From Elusimicrobiota bacterium (lineage in GTDB: Bacteria > CG03 > SLGR01 > JBDRKX01), in assembly GCA_043813605.1 (NCBI GenBank), contig JBDRKX010000029.1:1-23520 (forward strand): a stretch of DNA of 23,520 bases. The letters run 5' to 3'. Positions 17,652 to 23,520 of the stretch are shown here, in pieces (within the stretch, counting starts at the first letter, position 1; the number at the start of each line of letters is the position of its first letter). The position numbers and the translations under genes are program-made. The notes under the pieces were generated by a model. It was not told the origin of the DNA and did no database searches. It was given only the letters and a program-made list of their open reading frames with translations.

Positions 17652-17905
17652 TGGCACATAAAAAAGGTAAAGGTTCTACTCAAAACAAGAAAGACAGTGC
17701 GGGCAGAAGACTCGGGATAAAAACTTACGGCGGAGAACTTATAAATGCAGGCAGTATAATCGTGCGTCAGCGCGGTACTAAATATCATCCTGGTTTGAAC
17801 GTCGGCAGGGGAAAAGATGACACTTTATTTGCCAAAATAACCGGAAAGGTCGATTTTGCAAGGAAGGGAAGAGACAGAAAGGTGATAAACGTTATTCCGG
17901 TCTGA
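17651..17905 (+). CDS. rpmA: 50S ribosomal protein L27
   Basis: [31 protein letters not shown] and [11 protein letters not shown]. Confidence 0.98.
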   Translation: MAHKKGKGSTQNKKDSAGRRLGIKTYGGELINAGSIIVRQRGTKYHPGLNVGRGKDDTLFAKITGKVDFARKGRDRKVINVIPV

Positions 17906-17948
17906 TCTCTCAAAGTTGTTCAACCGGGTGTTTTAGCGGCTCCATAAA

Positions 17949-19064
17949 TTGAGAATAGTAGTCAAATTAGGCACAAAATTACTTACCAAAGACAGCGGGA
18001 CCATAGATAAACGTAATATCCGCCGGATCGTCAGAGAAATAGGCGGGCTGCTGGACAGCGGTCATGAGGTTATGATAATAACTTCAGGTGCCATAGGCGC
18101 AGGCTGCGGCAAGATGAAATATAACCCGCGTAGATTGAGCTTGATAGAAAAACAGGCGCTTGCCAGTATAGGCCAAACCGATCTCATGGATATTTACAAA
18201 AAAGCCTTCGGTGAACAGGGCAGGGCAGTTGCTCAATTATTGATAACAGCTAATGATATGACCGAAAGGCAAAGCTACCTCAATATCAGAAATACGCTGA
18301 ACACTCTTCTGAAAATGAAGGTAGTTCCCGTAATAAATGAAAACGATTCAGTGGCCGTAGATGAGATAAAATTCGGAGATAACGATCATCTTGCTTCAAT
18401 AATAACTATAAAGGTCGATGCCGATAAACTGCTGATACTGACGGATGTAGACGGATTGCTTGATAATGACGGAAAGCTGATTAAAAAAGTAGATAAAGTT
18501 ACTTCCGGGATAAAGCAATTAGCAGGAGGTGCCGGTTCGGATGTAAGTGTGGGCGGTATGATCACAAAAGTCGAAGCCGCACAGAGTGTGATGAGGCTGT
18601 GCAGTGCTGATACATATCTTATCAATGGCAGAAAGACAGGCCTGCTCGCGCAAGTCATTAAAGGTGATAATCCGGGTACGCTGTTCACAGGAAAAAGAAC
18701 CTGCATTCCGCACAGGAAACGCTGGATCAATCTGTCAAGTTCACTTAACTCCGGTAAAAGCATAGTCCTGGATGCCGGCGCTGTCAGTGCACTTGTTGAA
18801 AGGAATTCAAGCATTCTTCCTGTGGGAGTGAAAAAAGTTATGGGCAGGTTCAATGCGGGGGCGTCTGTCAGCTGCATAGACAATAAAGGCAGGGAAATCG
18901 CAAGGGGTCTGGTTAATTATTGTTCTGCTGATATTAATAAGATCATGGGGAAAAGGAGTTCAGAGATAAAAAAAATATTAGGGGTCAAGGATTATGATGA
19001 GGTTATCCATAAGGATAATCTGATACTGTTGAATAGACTTTCCAGAGAGGGAAAAAATGAATGA
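17949..19064 (+). CDS. proB: Glutamate 5-kinase with C-terminal PUA domain
   Basis: IVVKLGT, TSGAIGAG, PVINENDSV, FGDNDHL, GGMITKV and a PUA-like tail (SILPVGV...F.AG...ARGLVNY...EVIHKDNL). Confidence 0.97.
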   Translation: MRIVVKLGTKLLTKDSGTIDKRNIRRIVREIGGLLDSGHEVMIITSGAIGAGCGKMKYNPRRLSLIEKQALASIGQTDLMDIYKKAFGEQGRAVAQLLITANDMTERQSYLNIRNTLNTLLKMKVVPVINENDSVAVDEIKFGDNDHLASIITIKVDADKLLILTDVDGLLDNDGKLIKKVDKVTSGIKQLAGGAGSDVSVGGMITKVEAAQSVMRLCSADTYLINGRKTGLLAQVIKGDNPGTLFTGKRTCIPHRKRWINLSSSLNSGKSIVLDAGAVSALVERNSSILPVGVKKVMGRFNAGASVSCIDNKGREIARGLVNYCSADINKIMGKRSSEIKKILGVKDYDEVIHKDNLILLNRLSREGKNE

Positions 19065-20337
19065 TACGAATAACAGCATTGAAAAGGAAAAACAGAAAAA
19101 AGTCTTTGAAGTGGCGAAAGATGCGGTAATAGCCAGCAGGAAACTCAGGGAAGTATCCGCATCCGATAAGGTCGATGCCCTGAAACTTATAGCTGATGTG
19201 CTGGATAATAAGGCTGATGATATTAAATTCAGAAATGAGATAGACATAGAGGCGGCAAGACAGGATAATCTGCCTGATGCTCTTATTGACAGGCTCGTCC
19301 TGACAGATGACAGGATACGGTTGATGACCGACGGTATAAGAGAAGTGGCAGAACTTAAGGATCCTGTCGGAGAGATCATCGAAGAATGGACAAGGCCTAA
19401 CGGATTGATTATCGAAAAAGTGAGAGTTCCTCTGGGTGTAGTGGCGATAATATATGAATCACGTCCTAATGTGACAGCCGATGCATCAGCTTTATGTCTA
19501 ATGTCGTCAAATGCTGTAATATTAAGAGGTGGTACGGAATCGCTTAATTCTAATCTTGCCATAGGTCAATACATAAAAGAAGCTCTTGAACAGGCCGGTC
19601 TGGATCCCTGCTCTGCGCAGGTCATAGATGATAGTGACAGAAAAATAGTGGAATACCTTGTATCAATGAAGGGTATGGTCGATGTCGTTATACCCAGGGG
19701 CAGCGAAGAAATGATCAAAACAATTACAAGGATGAGTCTTATACCTGTAATAGGCCACGGCAAAGGGCTCTGTCATATATATGTCGATAAAAGCGCTGAC
19801 AGCAGGAAAGCAGAAGATATTGTATTAAATGCCAAAGTACAGCGGCCGGGTGTATGCAATGCGGTTGAAACTCTATTGGTCCATTCGGAGATAGCCTCTC
19901 AAATACTTCCAGGAATATGTGTAAAGCTTAAAGAGGCCGGCGTAACTATAAGAGGAGATGAGCGTGCCGCCGGGATCTATGATATGGAACCTGCAAATGA
20001 AGAGGACTGGAATACGGAATACCTTGCTCTTATCCTGTCTGTAAAGATAGTCGATGATCTGAATGCGGCAGTGGAGCATATTGAGAGGTACGGCTCCGGG
20101 CATTCCGATTGTATTATAAGCGAAGATGAAACCGCCTGCCAAAAATTTATGAAGAGTGTGGATTCTGCATGCGTATATTCAAATGCATCTACAAGGTTCA
20201 CTGACGGGAACCAGATGGGTCTGGGTGCAGAAATCGGTATATCAAACCAGAAGCTCCACGCAAGGGGTCCAATGGGTTTGAAAGAGCTGACCACATATAA
20301 ATATCTTATCAGGGGAAGCGGGCAAATACGTAAGTGA
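19057..20337 (+). CDS. proA: Gamma-glutamyl phosphate reductase
   Basis: VPLGVVAIIYESRPNVT, IPRG, catalytic Cys in GVCNAVETLL, NASTRFTDG and LHARGPMGL. Confidence 0.98.
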   Translation: MNDTNNSIEKEKQKKVFEVAKDAVIASRKLREVSASDKVDALKLIADVLDNKADDIKFRNEIDIEAARQDNLPDALIDRLVLTDDRIRLMTDGIREVAELKDPVGEIIEEWTRPNGLIIEKVRVPLGVVAIIYESRPNVTADASALCLMSSNAVILRGGTESLNSNLAIGQYIKEALEQAGLDPCSAQVIDDSDRKIVEYLVSMKGMVDVVIPRGSEEMIKTITRMSLIPVIGHGKGLCHIYVDKSADSRKAEDIVLNAKVQRPGVCNAVETLLVHSEIASQILPGICVKLKEAGVTIRGDERAAGIYDMEPANEEDWNTEYLALILSVKIVDDLNAAVEHIERYGSGHSDCIISEDETACQKFMKSVDSACVYSNASTRFTDGNQMGLGAEIGISNQKLHARGPMGLKELTTYKYLIRGSGQIRK

Positions 20338-20912
20338 GTTATATTCTATACGGCGGTTTATTCGATCCTCCCCATAATGGACACATGCAGATAGCTGAAG
20401 CTGCATATAAAAGAATCATGCCGGAAGAGATTATATGGATACCGGCCAGGTATCCCGTGCATCGGGATGTAGAAGGGATAAGTGCAGATGCACGGATGGA
20501 ACTCCTCAGATGCCTGCTTGATAATCGGTTCGGTTACAGTGTTTCTGATGTCGAACTGAATGAGGATCATCCCGGTTTTTCCATAGACACAGTTCTTATC
20601 TTCAAAAGGAAATATCATGGCCGGGAAAGCTATTTTCTAATAGGCACGGATGAAGCTGAAAATTTTACTTCGTGGAAAAGATGGGAAGATATCATAGAAA
20701 ACACAACACTCGTTATAGGCAGAAGAAAAGAGAATACTGATATTCCGGAAGAAGTCAGAGAAAATGCGATCATGCTTGATAACAGTATCTGTCCGATTTC
20801 ATCTACTGAGATCAGGTCGAAACTCGAACGCGGGATAATACCGTATGACTGTATGGATGACAAAATAACTTCGTATATCAAAGAACACGGATATTACGGG
20901 ACAGCCGGATGA
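20334..20912 (+). CDS. nadD: Nicotinate-nucleotide adenylyltransferase
   Basis: GGLFDPPHNGH, FLIGTD...F.SWKRW and ISSTEIR. GTG start overlaps the proA stop. Confidence 0.95.
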   Translation: MSYILYGGLFDPPHNGHMQIAEAAYKRIMPEEIIWIPARYPVHRDVEGISADARMELLRCLLDNRFGYSVSDVELNEDHPGFSIDTVLIFKRKYHGRESYFLIGTDEAENFTSWKRWEDIIENTTLVIGRRKENTDIPEEVRENAIMLDNSICPISSTEIRSKLERGIIPYDCMDDKITSYIKEHGYYGTAG

Positions 20913-22159
20913 AAAAAAAGAAAGAAAAGGAAAAAACTGCGTCAATGAATAATACGCCTCTTAGAATACTTTTCTTGTGCTTTGTGATCGCATGTTCCTT
21001 TATTGCCGTTACTGCAGCCAGCGGTATTAAAAAACGCTTGATCGGGGGTGAGCGTATCAATATACTGCTTTTGGGAATAAGCGAGATAGATAACGCAAGA
21101 TTCGCAGAAGTAATAAAAATTATAAGCTATGAACCGATAACCGGATTCACCGATATTGTTTCTATCCCGAGGGATACTATGATAAGCGTGCCGTACAAGG
21201 TGACATGGAAGAGGATACAGAAACTGGATGAACTCTATTCGAGGTATTTCAGGAAATGCCGGGAAACAGATCGGCTTATAGAGACATTCAAACGCAAAGT
21301 TGAAAAATTTCTGGACGACCAGATATCGATTGATTACTATGTCCAGATTGATTACAATGCATTCGTGGATTTTATTGATACTCTGGGCGGAGTTAAGGTA
21401 GAGGTAAACGACAGATTGGATTACGATGACGAGGCTCAGGATCTGCATATTCATATATCTACCGGCATAAACAGGATGAATGGTGAAGAATCATTGAAAT
21501 ATGTAAGGTACAGAGACAAGGTTATGGGAGATATAGGCAGACAGGAAAGGCAACATCTGTTTATAAGGGCGTTAATGGAAAGACTGCAGGCACATGCATC
21601 AATACCCAGGATACCGGCATTGATAAAGTCTATTGCAAAGAATATTGAAACGAATCTTTCTGTATACGATCTGGTGGTAATAGCTGATGAATTGCGGGGT
21701 ATAGATATCGAGAATTTCAGGGTACAGACATTACCGGGTGAACCTGTGGTGAAATGGGGGAAAAGCTACTGGGCGGCGAAAAAGAAAGGAGTCAGAGAGG
21801 TCCTTGATGTAGTCACGAATTCTCATCTGATAAGTCTTCCTTCTGTCGATGTCAATAGAAGTCTCAAGATGTCACAACGCATAACAGCGGAAGTGTGGAA
21901 TGCGACTACAAGGGCCAGCCTTGCGAGGAATCTGACCGAATATCTCAGGAAGAGGAATGTAGATGTTGTGAGATACGGTAACTTCGGAAGTGCAAAAAAA
22001 TACACGCAGATCATTTCAAGGACCGGAGATCTTAAACCTGCAAGGGAAGTTGCCAAGATAATCGGTTGCCGGAATATTAATACGGAACTCGATTCGAGCA
22101 GGATGGTTGATATTAACATCGTTATAGGAGACGATTTCGAAACACTATGGAGAGAATAG
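20909..22159 (+). CDS. LCP (LytR-CpsA-Psr) family protein with LytR C-terminal domain
   Basis: N-terminal TM, INILLLG, SIPRDT, FIDTLGGV and YVRYR...GDIGRQERQ. C-terminal EVWNAT..LA...DINIVIGDDF. Confidence 0.9.
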   Translation: MKKKKEKEKTASMNNTPLRILFLCFVIACSFIAVTAASGIKKRLIGGERINILLLGISEIDNARFAEVIKIISYEPITGFTDIVSIPRDTMISVPYKVTWKRIQKLDELYSRYFRKCRETDRLIETFKRKVEKFLDDQISIDYYVQIDYNAFVDFIDTLGGVKVEVNDRLDYDDEAQDLHIHISTGINRMNGEESLKYVRYRDKVMGDIGRQERQHLFIRALMERLQAHASIPRIPALIKSIAKNIETNLSVYDLVVIADELRGIDIENFRVQTLPGEPVVKWGKSYWAAKKKGVREVLDVVTNSHLISLPSVDVNRSLKMSQRITAEVWNATTRASLARNLTEYLRKRNVDVVRYGNFGSAKKYTQIISRTGDLKPAREVAKIIGCRNINTELDSSRMVDINIVIGDDFETLWRE

Positions 22160-22497
22160 GGCGCAGGGAACTCACGGAAAGTATTGCTGATGTCATAATT
22201 TCAAAAAAAGGTTCCGAAACTCTGATATATGATGTCAGTTCAATCACATCGTTTACTGAATATATTGTGATAACTTCCGTAAATTCAAAGGTCCAGATGG
22301 ACGCAATACATAAGGAACTGGAAAGAAGTGTCAGTCCCAGGCCGGATCATGTGGAAGGTGAATCGTCGTCCGGTTGGGTACTTCTTGATTATGATTCAGT
22401 GATCGTTAATATCTTTCTCGAACCGGTCAGGGAGTTCTATAGACTGGAAAGATTATGGGGAGATGCGCAAAAGGTGGAATTTAAATGTATGAAATAG
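22147..22497 (+). CDS. rsfS: Ribosome silencing factor RsfS (Iojap)
   Basis: KKG...YDVS, EG...GWVLLDYDSVIVNIF...REFYRLERLWGDA. Near nadD as usual. Confidence 0.95.
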   Translation: MERIGRRELTESIADVIISKKGSETLIYDVSSITSFTEYIVITSVNSKVQMDAIHKELERSVSPRPDHVEGESSSGWVLLDYDSVIVNIFLEPVREFYRLERLWGDAQKVEFKCMK

Positions 22498-23520
22498 ATA
22501 TACGTAAATGCCTGGCGTCATTCGCGGAGGAGAGTATTATAAGACTATCAGTGCCGCCGGCAGGTGTTGATGGAGATCTTTCAACTAATCTTGCAATGGT
22601 TTCTCAACTGCCTCAGGCAGAGATCATCGCAAGTCTGGAAAAACTGGATGTCATAGAATGGGCAAAGAGAGTGGGCCCCGGTTTTATCAATATGAAAGTG
22701 ACTGCCGATGCAATGAAAAAAGAAATAAAAGAAATACTGGCTGATCCGGAGGGTTACGGCGGTTCACAGAAAGAGGGCAGTGTGATATTCGAGATGGTAA
22801 GTTCAAACCCTACGGGTCCGCTCCATATCGGGCACGGCAGGGGCGCAGCTATAGGGGATACGCTGGCCAGGATATACAGCCGTCTGGGCATTGATGTATA
22901 CAGGGAATATTATGTTAATGATGCAGGGAGGCAGATGGAGTTGCTGGGGCAGTCCATATTCAACAGTATCAAAGGTGAGGAAATACCTGAAAACGGGTAT
23001 AAGGGTGATTATATTGCGGATATCGGGCAAAAACTGAAAGGTATATGCAGTTCGGTTGAAGAGTGTTCACAGAAAGCCGGAGCTATGATATTGAATGATC
23101 ATATAAGGGTACTTAACAAATTTGCTGTTGAATATGACAACTTTTTTTCAGAAAAAGAGATGATAACTGCAGGTAAAGTCAAGGAAAAGATAGAAGAAAT
23201 AAAACAGAAGGGTCTTACATATAATAAAGAGGGAGCTCTATGGTTCAGGTCGACTGACTTTGGTGACGATCTTGACAGAGTATTGATAAAAGCCGGTGGA
23301 GAACTTACATATTTTGCATCGGATTGTGCATATCATTCTGACAAAGTGTCGAGGTTTCCCGGCCTTGTAAATATCTGGGGAGCTGACCATCATGGTTATG
23401 TCCCCCGGATGAATGCTTTCTGGGATGCCATGGAATATACCGGGAGCCTTGATATCCTGTTGTATCAGCTGGTTAATCTGAAACGGGGTACGGAGAAAAT
23501 AGCCATGTCTACCCGTCAGG
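22485..23520 (+). CDS. argS: Arginine--tRNA ligase, 3'-truncated by the window edge, not in the ORF track
   Basis: Manual translation from ATG 22485: GDLSTNLAM, GPGFIN, SSNPTGPLHIGHGRGA (HIGH), REYYVNDAGRQ, TYFASD.AYH, IWGADHHGY, ending at MSTRQ (KMSKS-like). Confidence 0.96.
   Translation, partial: MYEIDIRKCLASFAEESIIRLSVPPAGVDGDLSTNLAMVSQLPQAEIIASLEKLDVIEWAKRVGPGFINMKVTADAMKKEIKEILADPEGYGGSQKEGSVIFEMVSSNPTGPLHIGHGRGAAIGDTLARIYSRLGIDVYREYYVNDAGRQMELLGQSIFNSIKGEEIPENGYKGDYIADIGQKLKGICSSVEECSQKAGAMILNDHIRVLNKFAVEYDNFFSEKEMITAGKVKEKIEEIKQKGLTYNKEGALWFRSTDFGDDLDRVLIKAGGELTYFASDCAYHSDKVSRFPGLVNIWGADHHGYVPRMNAFWDAMEYTGSLDILLYQLVNLKRGTEKIAMSTRQ

Noticed and set aside
17340..17905. Missing Prp/YsxB protease between rplU and rpmA
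   Set aside because: L27 starts directly with MAHKK and has no cleavable extension, so no protease is expected. This only argues against a Firmicutes-type origin.
421..23030. The many minus-strand ORFs in the track (e.g. 2450-3025, 5438-5971, 14486-15007, 18978-19562, 22803-23030)
   Set aside because: All lie antisense to well-supported + strand genes, show Ser/Phe/Ile-rich shadow composition and have no recognisable motifs.

Overview
Bacterial chromosomal DNA (standard code 11) with about 29 tightly packed genes, all on the + strand. Order: end of the spc/alpha ribosomal cluster (adk partial, map, infA, rpmJ, rpsM, rpsK, rpsD, rpoA, rplQ); the elongasome (mreB, mreC, mreD, mrdA, rodA); an uncharacterised radical SAM/partner pair (TIGR03960/TIGR03936-like); an RNase G/E-family gene; a five-gene accessory block (Yip1-like membrane protein, Fe-S-staple PD-(D/E)XK nuclease, PIN-PhoH ATPase, orphan receiver domain, PPC/DUF296 protein); then rplU-rpmA, proB-proA, nadD, an LCP-family protein, rsfS and argS (partial). 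The ORF track misses rpmJ and argS. No rRNA, tRNA, CRISPR array or mobile element was seen. The gene order recalls Elusimicrobiota-like diderm lineages, which is only my inference. The window is mostly housekeeping. The best candidate for an undescribed system is the coupled nuclease + PIN-PhoH pair with its own promoter. Smaller oddities are an N-terminally shortened L17 in frame with rpoA, an 11-codon mini-ORF exactly filling the infA-rpmJ gap, and no obgE after rpmA.
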